Below are positions 32,038 through 50,193 of a stretch of 64,000 nt of DNA, in pieces. The DNA is taken from positions 378,572,001 through 378,636,000 of the forward strand of contig OZ024740.1 in the NCBI GenBank assembly GCA_964016885.1, read 5' to 3'. This DNA is from Eledone cirrhosa. Taxonomy: Eukaryota. Every line of letters begins with the position of its first letter. The first letter of the stretch is position 1. The position numbers were made by a program, and so were the translations under genes. The notes beneath the pieces were generated by a model. It searched no databases, was not told the DNA's origin, and saw only the letters and a program-made list of their open reading frames with translations.

Positions 32038-32038
<1 letters not shown>

Positions 32039-34010
32039 ACTTTGAATAACTTTGAAATGTTTTGGCCAGTATTGGCCCAGGCCATGTCTAACTTAATAGC
32101 ACCACCTGGCGAAGTCTTTCAATTCAGGATTTGGGCACCATGGCCCATTCGAGAAGAGAATTACTGTTTGCGGAGACATATCCGGGTGTGGGTGGTTTGT
32201 CCGGGATTACTTGGAGGAATTTGTCCAAAGACTTCTTGAATTTTGAGTGGTCAGTTTCTGTTTTGACGTGTCCTGGTGTGATGTTGAAGAGAGCAGGGCC
32301 GATTGAGGTGAAATAATTGTGCCGTATTGTTGTTATGAGTTGAGATTTAGATTTTTGAATGGGACGGATAGCACGGGGCCCAAGCCTTGGGTGTATCTTG
32401 AAGGCGATGCCAACATCATTTGGGCAGTGATGATGGAACATTTTCCACATCATGCAGATAATATAACGCTCACGGCGACGTTGGAGTGAGTAAAGTTTCA
32501 GGTTTTCCAATCGACCCCAGTAGTCAAGGTCTGACATGCCATCTATCTTTTTCGTGATTGCCCTTTGAGGAGCTTCAAGTTTCATGATACTTTGTTTCGT
32601 GTGGGGAGACCACAGTGGACAACAGTATTCAAGGTGTGGTCGGGCGAAAGTAGAGAAGAGAAGGATAATGGTGCGGGAATCTCTCGACTGGAAGGTTCTG
32701 AGGATCCAGGAACACATTCTGCGGGCCATGTCAACTTTGCTGCTTATGTGCGTGGTCCAGCTTATGTTGCTGTCCACGGTTACTCCCAAGTCTCTGATGT
32801 TGTTAGATGCCACGAGAGTTTCCCCGGAGGGAAGGGAGTACGGGAGTTTCAGAGCATCCTCTTTTCCAAAGTGGATCAGTTCGAATTTGTCCTCGTTCAG
32901 TAACATGTTGTTCTTTTCTGCCCATTGGGTAACAGCCAGTAGGTCTGACTGAAGGCTTATCCGGTCATCCACGCCATTGATGACCTTTTGGAGCTTGGAA
33001 TCATCAGCGAAAATTTTAATGTTGCTGTGTTTGATGATGTCAGTGATGTCATTAATATAGATGATGAAGAGAAGTGGGCCCAACACAGTGCCTTGTGGGA
33101 CTCCACTACTGACTTTGGCTGGGCTTGATTTGACTCCCTCAACTACAAGATGTTGGGTTCTGTTTGACAGGAAGCTCTTGATCCACTGCAGCAGCTTTCC
33201 AGTGACACCAATATTGGACAGCTTTCTCAGTAGAATGTTATGATCAACCCTGTCAAAGGCCTTGCTGAAATCAAGGTAGATAACATCAGTGTTGGAACCC
33301 TCTCCCAAGGCTCTCAAAATGTCATCAAAGTGATGCAGTAGTTGCGTCAGGCAATCCCTTCCATTACGGAATCCATGCTGGTTGGAGTTCAGCATATTGT
33401 TACTCTCAAGGAAGTGGGTCATTCGCGATCTCACCACTCGCTCAAATACCTTAATGATATGAGAGGTGAGTGAGATTGGACGGTAATTCACGGCAAGGGA
33501 TTTGTTTCCCTTTTTGAAAACTGGGACAACAGACTGGGATAGAAGGTTTTCTGGCACATATCCAGCATCCAGTGAGTTCCGCCACAGATTGGCAAGAGGA
33601 GAAGCAAGTTGGTGTTGACACGCCTTCAAGACACAAGCAGGGAACCTATCGGGACCTACTGCTGAATTATGCTTGATTTCCTTTATTGCCGCCAAGACAT
33701 CAGGGGCGCCAAACGTTATGTCCGATAAGGTGTAATGGGGAGTAACATCGCCGATACAGCCCAGATCGGCCATATCAGGATTGCTGAAAACAGAGCAGTA
33801 TTGTTTCTGCAGTATCTCACCCATGGTTTTAGCATTGTCTTGAAGAGTGCCATTTTCATCAATTAGAGGGCCAACAGTAGAGCCAGTGATTTTGTGTTTT
33901 TTTGCAAATGAAAAGAACACTTTGGGATTGAGTTTGATCTTCTCAATGGCCCAGGCCTCTTCAGCTCTTCTCTGATTGTTGATGAGGGACATTATGTTGT
34001 TTTGGAGGTT
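32038..34010 (-). mobile_element. 5'-truncated CR1/Jockey-group LINE (family 2) with an uninterrupted RT frame to the stop at 32124
   Basis: [47 protein letters not shown]. The 3' end is (TTCAAAGTTA)x2 running into (TA)n. Confidence 0.93.
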
Positions 34011-34023
34011 ATATATATATATG

Positions 34024-34104
<81 letters not shown>

Positions 34105-34145
34105 GTATATATATATATGTATATATATATGTATATATATATATG

Positions 34146-34176
<31 letters not shown>

Positions 34177-34273
34177 GTGTATATATATATATATATATAT
34201 GTGTATACTCTTTTACCTGTTTCAGCCATCCGGCTGAGGCCATGCTGGGGCACCGCCCTTGTTGCTACACATT

Positions 34274-37200
34274 TTATCTCCAGCCTGTATAGGTTGGCCA
34301 CTGGTGTAGGAGGGAGTTTGTTGCTGCTGTCCTTAGGTTTCCCTCGTGTCTTGCTGTGGGCTCATCCGGGATCCTGGATAACAAGGTGTCGAGATGTTTC
34401 TTAAAGACATCCACCTCCACGTCATGCAAGTCTCGCAGATGCCTCGGCAGCCTGTTGAAGAGTTGAGGGCCCTTGAATCCCAGGCTATTGCAATACCTGC
34501 TCCTTATTCTAGATGTGGAAGACGGGACCTTTGGCACCACACAGTGACGTCCTGTTCGACGGTTGGTCCAGCTCCCAATGCCAAAGTTTGGTGCTAGTCC
34601 CTCCAGGATTTTCCACATGTAGATCACTGCGTATCTCTCCCGTCTTCGCTCCAAGGAGTAGAGGTTCAGTTCCTTCAGCCTCTCCCAGTAGCTTGTCTCC
34701 CTCATCTTGGCAATCCTCTTGGTGTAGCTTCGCTGGATTGCCTCAAGCTCTGTGGTTAGTTTGACACTATGGGGTGACCACAGCTGGGAGCACTAGTCCA
34801 GGCGGCTTAGGACAAAGGTCCTCCACAGTGTCAACATGGTGTCTCGATCTCTTGTAAGGAAAGTCCTCAAGATCCAGCCAGCGAATCGTCTACATGCTGT
34901 CGCCACCTTCATGATGTGTGAAGAAAAAGATGCATCATCGCTCATGTCTATGCCCAGGTCTCGTATCGATTTTGACACGGGGATATCGGTCCCTCCTGGT
35001 TCTGTGTAGCTGTGTTCCGCTATATTTGTGTTTGTGTTTGCAGGTTTGTATTGTAGGGCTTGGAATTTGCCAGCATTAAACTGCATGTTGTTTTCTTCCG
35101 CCCATCTGTATATGGCATCCAGATCCTGCTGTAAGAGGGCAGCGTCAGCCGGGTTTTTGATTGCCTGTGCTACCTTAGTGTCATCAGCATAGCTAGTGAG
35201 GGATGTTGTTGCATGCACCACAGAGGGCATGTCCGAGAGAGCCACCAAAAACAGTAGTGGTCCCAGGACTGTCCCCTGAGGCACCCCACTTGTTATCGGT
35301 GTTTCCCTCGAGAGGGCCCCATTTGCTGCGACTGCCTGGCTTCTGTCCCTTAAGAAGCCATGCAGCCACTCACCTACTTTTCCAGTTATGCCGAGTCCGT
35401 GTAGTTTGTGACATATCATTCCGTGGTCGACCTTGTCAAAGGCCTTCGCAAAGTCAAGATATATCACGTCTACATGTGAGCTGTCTAGTAGTTGTCTCAG
35501 TACCCAGTCGTAGTGATGTAGCAGCTGTGTAAGGCAGCTTCTTCCTGGGCGGAAGCCATGTTGCGTGCTAGTCAGGCGGTCATTTTCTTCGAGGAAAGTG
35601 ATTAGTTTCTTTCTGACGACTCGCTCCATGACCTTACTGATATGCGACGTCAGGGAGACTGGCCTATAGTTCTTGGCCTCCGCTCTACTACCTCCTTTAT
35701 GGATAGGGCATATTGTGCCTTCTTTCAGCTCCCTGGGTAGTACACCGCTAGCCAAGGAGCTTCTGAAGAGCATCTTCAGTGGAGTTGCTAAGGCCCGCTT
35801 ACATATTTTTAGGAGAACTGCTGGGAATCCATCAGGTCCAGCAGCCGAGTCTGTTCTAATTTCATCAATGGCGTACACCACATCCTCCTCCGTTATGTCT
35901 ATGTGGTTGATGGTTGCCATTTCTTGATGTAGTGTTGTGGCATCAAAGAACTCCTCTGGCTTCGTTATTTGCATGTGCCTCAGTGGACATGTGAAGACAC
36001 TTTTGTACTGTTCGTTCAGTATTTCACATATCTCTTGGGGATTTTCGGTTAATGAACCGTCCGTGTGGAAGAGTGGTCCAATCTTGCAGTGTACTGAGGC
36101 AGTTTCTTTTGCAAATTTAAAGAAGGCCTTAGGGTTTGTTTTAATGTTTTCTATGGCCCTGTTCTCTTTCCTTGCCCTCTCATTCTCATGTGAAAGCTTG
36201 AGTGCAATCTCGGTGTCAAGTAGTGCACGTTTCAAATAGGATTCCTTCTTGTTTTGGTTTTGTTGACTATTCAACTGGTTTGAGAGTTTAGTTCTACGTC
36301 TCATAAGGATTTTCCTATCTCTGGGAAAAAGATTTTTGTGTCTGTTTGCCTCTTTCTCCGGGACACACCTTTTGCATATGGTGTGTATCGTTGTCATGAA
36401 GTGTTGAAATTGTGTGTTAGTGTCTTGTGTGGCGATGTTTGCACTCCATGTTTGCTTCCGGATTTCACTCTTAATCTTCTTCCAGTCAGCCCCGTAGAAG
36501 TTAAGGCTGGATAGCGTCCCGGAGCTTCTTGGTGGTTTTGTCTCTGTTGGTTCTCTTGGACCACATATCATTAGCTCTACCAAGTTATGATCCGAGAGAA
36601 TTGTTGGTGTCACCTTTACATTGTGGATGAGCACTTCGTTGTTTGTAAAAGAGGTCCAGGACATTTTCGCCTCTTGTTGGGAGGAGTATTGCTTGCTCCA
36701 TGAACAGCCTGTGTGTGAGGGCCAGCAGGGATTCCGTCTCTCTCTGTTCTATTGACGTCATTCCAGGGAGGAGGTGGCCCTCAGGCCATTTGACCTTTGG
36801 TAGGTTGAAGTCTCCCAGCAGTAGGATGTTGAGACCCTGGTCCAGTTTGTCAAGGACCTCTTCTATCCTACTTAGGCTATCCTCAAATTTACCCTCATGA
36901 CTGGGGGCATCGGGCGGCCGATATGTGACACATATTACCGTCTGTAGTTGCTTCATATGTATTATCAGTGTGTCACAGACTGAGTTTGAATGTGTCAACA
37001 GTACAATTGGTGTGACATCTTCACGGATATACAGAGCAACCCCACCATGAGTTCTCTCCTTCCTGTCCGAACGAAATACAGTATATTTCGGTATATGTAT
37101 TTCTGCATCTGCTATACTGCTTGTCAGGTGCGTTTCGGTTAGTGCCATGCATAGTGCTTGATTGCTTATGGCTAAGTCTCCCAGGTAGGAAATTTTACTC

Positions 37201-37424
37201 ATGTTGCTGAGTTTCACCAGGCCCCTGACATTCAGCAGCAGCACTGGTGTGACTTTTGGGGTGCCAGTAATGGCTGTCGGTATGACACCTGGTCTGGTGT
37301 CAGCGGCGGCCACTCTGGGTCCCTTAACTGCGGTGGTCTCGAGTGCTGGTGTGGATGACCCTGGCTCTGGAGACGATGCAGCCAGGTCAGCTGTCCCACA
37401 ATCTTCTCTGCCATCACTAAAAAA
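34274..37424 (-). pseudogene. LINE ORF2: apurinic endonuclease plus RT, with one frameshift (about 36650) and one TAG (34793-34795)
   Basis: LLNVRGL, LTETHL, GGVALY, YRPP, GDFN, PTRG..LDL, SDHN; YLDFAKAFDKVDH, GVPQG, YADD; RLD*CSQLWSP; LERRRERY. Confidence 0.93.
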
Positions 37425-38200
37425 TTTTTCTGATCTGCTGCTGCCATCTGTATCTCGTCGGCATGTGCGTGCCTTCTCCTTGTTGGTGCAGCACGCGCGA
37501 CATCAGCATACTTCTGGAGCGGCTTATTTCGGCTTCGGCTTTGGCTGGGGCATGTTGCGCGAGTATGATGGGCATAGTTCGTTTGAGACCTAGGGTGGGC
37601 GAATCTGCATCCCATCCCTGTCTCTCCATGCCAGCATGTCCCGTTCTTGAAAAACTTGCACATTACTTGGTGTTTTTTGCTCCCAGTGTCTCGGTGCTTT
37701 CTGTTCTTTCTTTGAACAGTTGTCCACTGGTCCCTCTGCGCTTGGTTCTCCTTCGGAAGGTGATTTCGCTTTTCACCTTTGCCCTTAGCTTGTTGGTTGC
37801 CCGGCCTGCCCTCCCTGCCTGTAGCGGAGGGTATATCATTTTCTTTCAGGTCCGTGCTTGTGCTCTCCTCCTTTTCTTTTTCCCTTTCCTTTTCCTCTTC
37901 CTTTTCCCTCTCCTTCTCCTCATCCCTCCCTTCGATTTTCTCCTCCCTGAGGACACGGCTTAGCATCGCCATATGAGGCGCTATGAGGACATACGCCTTC
38001 TCAATTTCTTTTCTCTTTCTCTCTATCTGTACCAGGGTCCTCATAAACCCATGGCTCTTCAGGTTCTCCGCCATCTTTTTGCTTGGTGGAGACCCATCAG
38101 CCATAGTCCACCCCTTGATCAAAACCGCTAGTTCAATCTTCGACCAGTTTCGCTGACTCCTGATTTCACATTTTTCCCATTTTTCCTGCATGCAGTCCAT
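37232..38200 (-). CDS. LINE ORF1 with a Myb/SANT-like N-terminal domain and a CCCH zinc finger
   Basis: Likely ATG at 38200. NWSKIELAVLIKGW..MAENLKSHGFMRTLVQIERKRKEIEKAY; C-x7-C-x8-C-x3-H (CKFFKNGTCWHGETGMGCRFAH). Confidence 0.75.
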   Translation of the reverse strand: MDCMQEKWEKCEIRSQRNWSKIELAVLIKGWTMADGSPPSKKMAENLKSHGFMRTLVQIERKRKEIEKAYVLIAPHMAMLSRVLREEKIEGRDEEKEREKEEEKEREKEKEESTSTDLKENDIPSATGREGRPGNQQAKGKGEKRNHLPKENQAQRDQWTTVQRKNRKHRDTGSKKHQVMCKFFKNGTCWHGETGMGCRFAHPRSQTNYAHHTRATCPSQSRSRNKPLQKYADVARAAPTRRRHAHADEIQMAAADQKNFLVMAEKIVGQLTWLHRLQSQGHPHQHSRPPQLRDPEWPPLTPDQVSYRQPLLAPQKSHQCCC

Positions 38201-38410
38201 TTCGCTGTGGAGGGGAGAAAGAGGGACAGTGGGAGGTGTAGAGTAGAGGTTAGAGAGGGACAGGGTGAGGGAGGGAGATAGAGATATAACTCCAGCGAGA
38301 GAAAAAGAAAGAAAGAGAAACAGAAGAAAAGAAAAGAAAAGGGGGAGACAGAAGAGGGGAGCGAGAGAGATAGCGGGAAGAGTGGGGGGGGGGTCAGAGG
38401 GAGAGAGAGA

Positions 38411-38442
<32 letters not shown>

Positions 38443-39087
38443 CTCGTTGATCTAGAGAGAGGGAGAAAGAGAGCTCGTTGATCGAGAAAGAGAGGGAGAG
38501 AGAGAGAGGAAGGAGAGAGATAGAGACAGCGTGAGAGCGTGAGCAACTGCAGTTCATAAATATAAAAATAAATTTTTAAATCTAAATTTAAATTAATGAA
38601 TGGAAGAAACCGGAAACAGAGATATAGAAACACGATGTAAATGTCTGTTTACAAATATACGGAGTTATTGTAATATCAGCATATCATACAAGAAACAACG
38701 AAATCGGGTCAAATACAGATAAGATTATACAAAATCAAACAAGATTATATCAAATTAAATTATGTTACTCAGAAATATCAAAATTAATACAAAATTGCTT
38801 AAGCTAAACCAAAATGCTCTGTATGAAACAAAAATAGAAAGCACCTGTGTGTGTTGTCTCCCATGAATGAATCATACAGTGAAAATAAACATGTTCAAAA
38901 CGGTAATATATGTAAAATATACTTCAAAATAATTGCGTCAAAGCACAAAAACTTATCTTTTTTGTATGTTTTCCTTGTCCTCTGAAGAATTAAAACCATA
39001 CATAAATCCGATTACTGTCGATTTAAAATATTAAAATTTCAAATCCGGAGAGACGACAATTCACGTCTTATACCAACAAGTGCCAAG

Positions 39088-39594
39088 CCTATATATGTAT
39101 ATATATATGTATGTATATATGTATATATATATGTATGTATATATGTATATATATATATGTATGTATATATGTATATATGTATATATATATATGTATGTAT
39201 ATATGTATATATATATATACATATATATGTATATATATATGTACATATATATGTATATTATATATGTATATATATATATAATGTACATATATATGTATAT
39301 TATATATGTATATATATATGTATGTATATATGTATATATATATGTATATGTATGTATATATGTATATATGTATGTATATATGTATATGTATGTATATATG
39401 TATATATATATATATATGTATGTATATATGTATATATATATATATATGTATGTATATATGTATATATATATATATGTATGTATATATGTATATATATATG
39501 TATATATATATGTATATATATATGTATATATATTTGTATATATGTATATATATGTATATGTATATATATATATATGTATATGTATATATATATG

Positions 39595-39625
<31 letters not shown>

Positions 39626-39638
39626 GTATATGTATATG

Positions 39639-39669
<31 letters not shown>

Positions 39670-39852
39670 GTATATGTATATGTATATATATATATGTATA
39701 TGTATATATATATATATGTATATATATATGTATATGTATATATATATATGTATATGTATATATATATATGTATATGTATATATATATGTATGTATATATA
39801 TATATGTATATGTATATATATATGTATATATATATGTATATGTATATATATA

Positions 39853-39887
<35 letters not shown>

Positions 39888-40087
39888 ATATATGTATATG
39901 TATATGTATATATATATGTATATATATATGTATATATATATGTATATGTATGTATATGTATATATATATGTATATATATATATGTATATATATGTATATG
40001 TATATATATGTATATGTATATGTATATGTATATATATATGTATATATATATATGTATATGTATATATATATGTATATATATATATAT

Positions 40088-40121
<34 letters not shown>

Positions 40122-40150
40122 GTATGTATATGTATATATATGTATATGTA
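39088..40150. repeat. (TA)n/(TATG)n array
   Basis: Direct inspection. Confidence 0.95.
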
Positions 40151-40281
40151 GATAAATCTACCAAGAGTTTACGGTAGTGTCCAATCCGTATGAAGAACTC
40201 AATGTATTCCGGATATCATGGAAAGAAGAGATGTAATGAAAAATCACTTTCGGTGAAAGATAAACGGTATACAGAGTCAAG

Positions 40282-41125
40282 ATAAAATATTAAACAAATA
40301 ATGAATAAAACAATGAAACAGTTCCTTATATTAAACAAAAAAAGTTCATTATTTAACGATCGTTTCTAGGATATATATGTGTTAGAATTGGCATGCATAT
40401 TCAACAGATCTATGTACAAAATTATACAAAATTATACAAACTATCAAGATTAAATATACATACCAACACATATATACGCCGTCTTCAGAAATAATGAGAT
40501 ATATTTATTGATAATAACAACAATTCAAAATTTCAGGTCCGTTTGGGAACAAAATTGACCAATGAAAATACAAAAGGTTTAATGCAGTTCGGTGTGTGTA
40601 TATACATGTAACTACCCTTACACATATTTTACAAAAATGTATGCTCAACTTGTATACGCATACCAAAAGGATGGATGCAAATACAAAATTTCAAGGTTAA
40701 TGTCTCTGTAAGTTTATAATGCACAGATAAGATGCGTATAGACACATAAATATGAAATAAGTGTATACACATATTCTCATACTCACACATATCCGTACAA
40801 TCACACACACACGCGCGTATATGCATAAACATACACATAACTACGAACATACAAACACACACACACCCCCACTCACATATATATATGTGGATATAAAATC
40901 CTAAGCACATGGATATTAATTCACTCACATAAACACTGGCACACACATTTAGATCAAGATACAGAAATTAGGTGGGAGGGGGGGAGAGGTCAGTATTCAA
41001 CGGTTTGGGCAGACTGCTTATTATAGATGTATCTATAAACTAAGAAAATAAAAAATAATAAATAATAAATAAACATTAAAAAGGAAAGAAAAGAAAAAGA
41101 AAAAAGAAAAAAGAAATATATCAAG

Positions 41126-41167
<42 letters not shown>

Positions 41168-41168
41168 C

Positions 41169-41231
<63 letters not shown>

Positions 41232-41232
41232 C

Positions 41233-41281
<49 letters not shown>

Positions 41282-41282
41282 C

Positions 41283-41313
<31 letters not shown>

Positions 41314-41427
41314 CACACAAACACATACATACATATACACACATCCACACTTAGAACATACATACACACACATATATAAACATATACATATACACACATA
41401 CATACATATACACACATACATATAAAT

Positions 41428-41478
<51 letters not shown>

Positions 41479-41755
41479 TACACATATAATCACACATACT
41501 ATATAGACACACATATATATACACACATACACGCACATATACATACACTTACATACTTATATACATACAGATATACACATACATACCTATATATACACAC
41601 AAATACATACAGACATACATACATACATACAGACAAATACTTACGCATCCATATATCGGTATATACATACAAACACCACTACACTCTCACACAACTCAGA
41701 CATACAAAGAAAAAGGTATATATCTATACACATATACATATACAAATAGAGAAAC

Positions 41756-41787
<32 letters not shown>

Positions 41788-42006
41788 ATATACATATATA
41801 TATATATACATACACATATACACACATACACATACATACACATACATACATGTACACACACATAGATATATATACATACACACATACACACATACATATA
41901 TAGTCATACACACACGTACACCTACACGAACATACACATACACATATATAAAGATATATATACACACACACACACACATACACACACACACATATATATA
42001 AAATAA

Positions 42007-42075
<69 letters not shown>

Positions 42076-42403
42076 CATATACATACACACATACATAGAC
42101 ATATATGTACATACATACACATACATACATACATACACACACATACATACATATATATATACACACATAGACATATACATACATACACACACAACATACA
42201 TACACACACATATATACTCATACATAGAATTAGATATATATTCATACATACATACGCACTTACATATACTCATATATACAAATACATACGCATCCATATA
42301 TGCGTATATACATAGAAACACCACTACACCCTCACACAACTCAGACATACAAAGAAAAGGCATATACATATACATATATACACGCATTAATAGAGATATA
42401 TAT

Positions 42404-42440
<37 letters not shown>

Positions 42441-42653
42441 CACTTATATATATAGACCCACACACACATACAACCATAAATACACATACAAACACCCACA
42501 TATACATATATATACACATATATATATATACACACACATAAAAAACAGACATGCACATATATATTTTTTTACACATATATATACACATATATATACACAC
42601 ACACACCCTCACATATACACACATACACATAAGTTATATTATAATAATAAATA

Positions 42654-42694
<41 letters not shown>

Positions 42695-42949
42695 CACATA
42701 CGAATATAGACATATATACACACATAGATATATATATATATATATACACATACATATACACACACACATACACACACTCACATATATATGTGTGTGCACA
42801 CACACATATATACACATACACACATATACACGTAAACACATATATGTGTATACATGCACACACACACATATATCCACATAGATACGAAGATAGACATATA
42901 AATAGAGAGACATACATATATATACACACACATATATACATACATACAT

Positions 42950-42980
<31 letters not shown>

Positions 42981-43698
42981 GACATGCATATATACACATA
43001 TATATATACATACACACATATATATACACACACAATCTTACATTCTTATTTGCATGCGCATATATGTATTTTTATATTCAGATATAAATACCCAAACATA
43101 TATACACCTACCTACATATATATTCATACATACACGCTTACAAACACAGATGATAATAGTATGGGGGAAAAGGGGGGGGGGTGGAGAAGGGGATTATAGT
43201 AAATATATGTTTCAAGAAACATAGAATATTATCCGTATCTGGATCCAATGTATGTTTTTACATAGTTTCAGTGTTAGGAAATACAATAAATAAGAAATAA
43301 GGCAAAATTTATGCATTTCAAAATAAATAAGTATACCATTAATTATATGTTAACTAAAATAAAGATAGTTAACATATTGATTTCTAAGGTGTAAATTAGT
43401 TAGGTTTATAATATTTGAAGCAGAATTTTGAAGTTAAATAGTAGTAGAGTATTAATTATAGTATAACTAAATTAAAGTTAATAACGTTATGGTATCAATA
43501 TTAGGAAATGAATTTAGTAATAGGGAAAAAACAAATAAAGTATTACATCGGTAGTAGAATATAAATTATAGGTTAACTAAATTAAAAATTATATATTTAT
43601 TTCTATAGTATATGTTAATTAGGTATATAATAAATAAAACAGATATTGTATTTTATCAATAGCAGAATATAATTATATGCAAATAGAAATCAAAATTA

Positions 43699-43729
<31 letters not shown>

Positions 43730-43732
43730 CAC

Positions 43733-43785
<53 letters not shown>

Positions 43786-43815
43786 TACACATACACATAC
43801 ATATATACATATACA

Positions 43816-43856
<41 letters not shown>

Positions 43857-44049
43857 TATTATCATAATATAACTTATGTGTATGTGTGTATATGTGAGGG
43901 TGTGTGTGTGTGTATATATATGTGTATATATATGTGTAAAAAAATATATATGTGCATGTCTGTTTTTTATGTGTGTGTATATATATATATGTGTATATAT
44001 ATGTATATGTGGGTGTTTGTATGTGTGTGTGGGTCTATATATATAAGTG

Positions 44050-44086
<37 letters not shown>

Positions 44087-44414
44087 ATATATATCTCTAT
44101 TAATGCGTGTATATATGTATATGTATATGCCTTTTCTTTGTATGTCTGAGTTGTGTGAGGGTGTAGTGGTGTTTCTATGTATATACGCATATATGGATGC
44201 GTATGTATTTGTATATATGAGTATATGTAAGTGCGTATGTATGTATGAATATATATCTAATTCTATGTATGAGTATATATGTGTGTGTATGTATGTTGTG
44301 TGTGTATGTATGTATATGGCTATGTGTGTATATATATATGTATGTATGAGTGTGTATGTATGTATGTATGTGTATGTATGTACATATATGTCTATGTATG
44401 TGTGTATGTATATG

Positions 44415-44451
<37 letters not shown>

Positions 44452-44648
44452 TTATTTTATATATGTGTGTGTGTGTATGTGTGTGTGTGTGTATATATAT
44501 CTTTATATATGTGTATGTGTATGTTCGTGTAGGTGTACGTGTGTGTATGTGTGTATGTATATATATCTATGTGTGTGTACATGTATGTATGTGTATGTAT
44601 GTGTATGTGTGTATATGTGTATGTATATATATATATATGTATATATAT

Positions 44649-44716
<68 letters not shown>

Positions 44717-44997
44717 GTTTCTCTATTTGTATATGTATATGTGTATAGATATATACCTTTTTCTTTGTATGTCTGAGTTGTGTGAGAGTGTAGTGGTGTT
44801 TGTATGTATATACCGATTTATGGATGCGTAAGTATTTGTCTGTATGTATGTATGTATGTCTGTATGTATTTGTGTGTATATATAGGTATGTATGTGTATA
44901 TCTGTATATATATAAGTATGTAAGTGTATGTATATGTGCGTGTATGTGTGTATATATATGTGTGTCTATATAGTATGTGTGATTATATGTGTATATA

Positions 44998-45038
<41 letters not shown>

Positions 45039-45146
45039 ATTTATATGTATGTGTGTATATGTATGTATGTGTGTATATGTATATGTTTATATATGTGTGT
45101 GTATGTATGTTCTAAGTGTAGATGTGTGTAAATGTATGTATGTGTT

Positions 45147-45194
<48 letters not shown>

Positions 45195-46067
45195 TGTATA
45201 TATATATATATATATATATATTTTCTTGATATATTTCTTTTTTCTTTTTTCTTTTTCTTTTCTTTCCTTTTTAATGTTTATTTATTATTTATTATTTTTT
45301 ATTTTCTTAGTTTATAGATACATCTATAATAAGCAGTCTGCCCAAACCGTTGAATACTTACCTCTCCCCCCTCCCACCTAATTTCTGTATCTTGATCTAA
45401 ATGTGTGTGCCAGTGTTTATGTGAGTGAATTAATATCCATGTGCTTAGGATTTTATATCCACATATATATATGTGAGTGGGGGTGTGTGTGTGTTTGTAT
45501 GTTCGTAGTTATGTGTATGTTTATGCATATACGCGCGTGTGTGTGTGATTGTACGGATATGTGTGAGTATGAGAATATGTGTATACACTTATTTCATATT
45601 TATGTGTCTATACGCATCTTATCTGTGCATTATAAACTTACAGAGACATTAACCTTGAAATTTTGTATTTGCATCCATCCTTTTGGTATGCGTATACAAG
45701 TTGAGCATACATTTTTGTAAAATATGTGTAAGGGTAGTTACATGTATATACACACACCGAACTGCATTAAACCTTTTGTATTTTCATTGGTCAATTTTGT
45801 TCCCAAACGGACCTGAAATTTTGAATTGTTGTTATTATCAATAAATATATCTCATTATTTCTGAAAACGGCGTATATATGTGTTGGTATGTATATTTAAT
45901 CTTGATAGTTTGTATAATTTTGTATAATTTTGTACATAGATCTGTTGAATATGCATGCCAATTCTAACACATATATATCCTAGAAACGATCGTTAAATAA
46001 TGAACTTTTTTTGTTTAATATAAGGAACTGTTTCATTGTTTTATTCATTATTTGTTTAATATTTTAT
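40282..46067. repeat. Large non-coding inverted repeat (arms about 40282-42690 and 43820-46067)
   Basis: The arms are near-identical reverse complements (the same spurious peptide appears at 40629-40946 minus and 45403-45720 plus). Microsatellite-rich, with TA flanks. Confidence 0.92.

Positions 46068-50193
<4,126 letters not shown>

Larger units (their letters stand above)
34205..38555 (-). mobile_element. Apparently full-length CR1/Jockey-group LINE (family 1)
   Basis: CT-rich 5' UTR, ORF1, APE-RT ORF2, and a 3' UTR stem-loop TCAGCC-GGAT-GGCTGA. The 3' end lies in (TA)n. Confidence 0.92.

Noticed and set aside
32124-34301. 725-aa ORF as one intact gene
   Set aside because: It is a chimera of the family 1 LINE 3' end, a TA tract and the truncated family 2 RT, and is in frame by chance.
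38200-38557. N-terminal 119 aa of the predicted 441-aa ORF1
   Set aside because: It is a translation of the CT-rich 5' UTR. The ATG at 38200 is the more plausible start.
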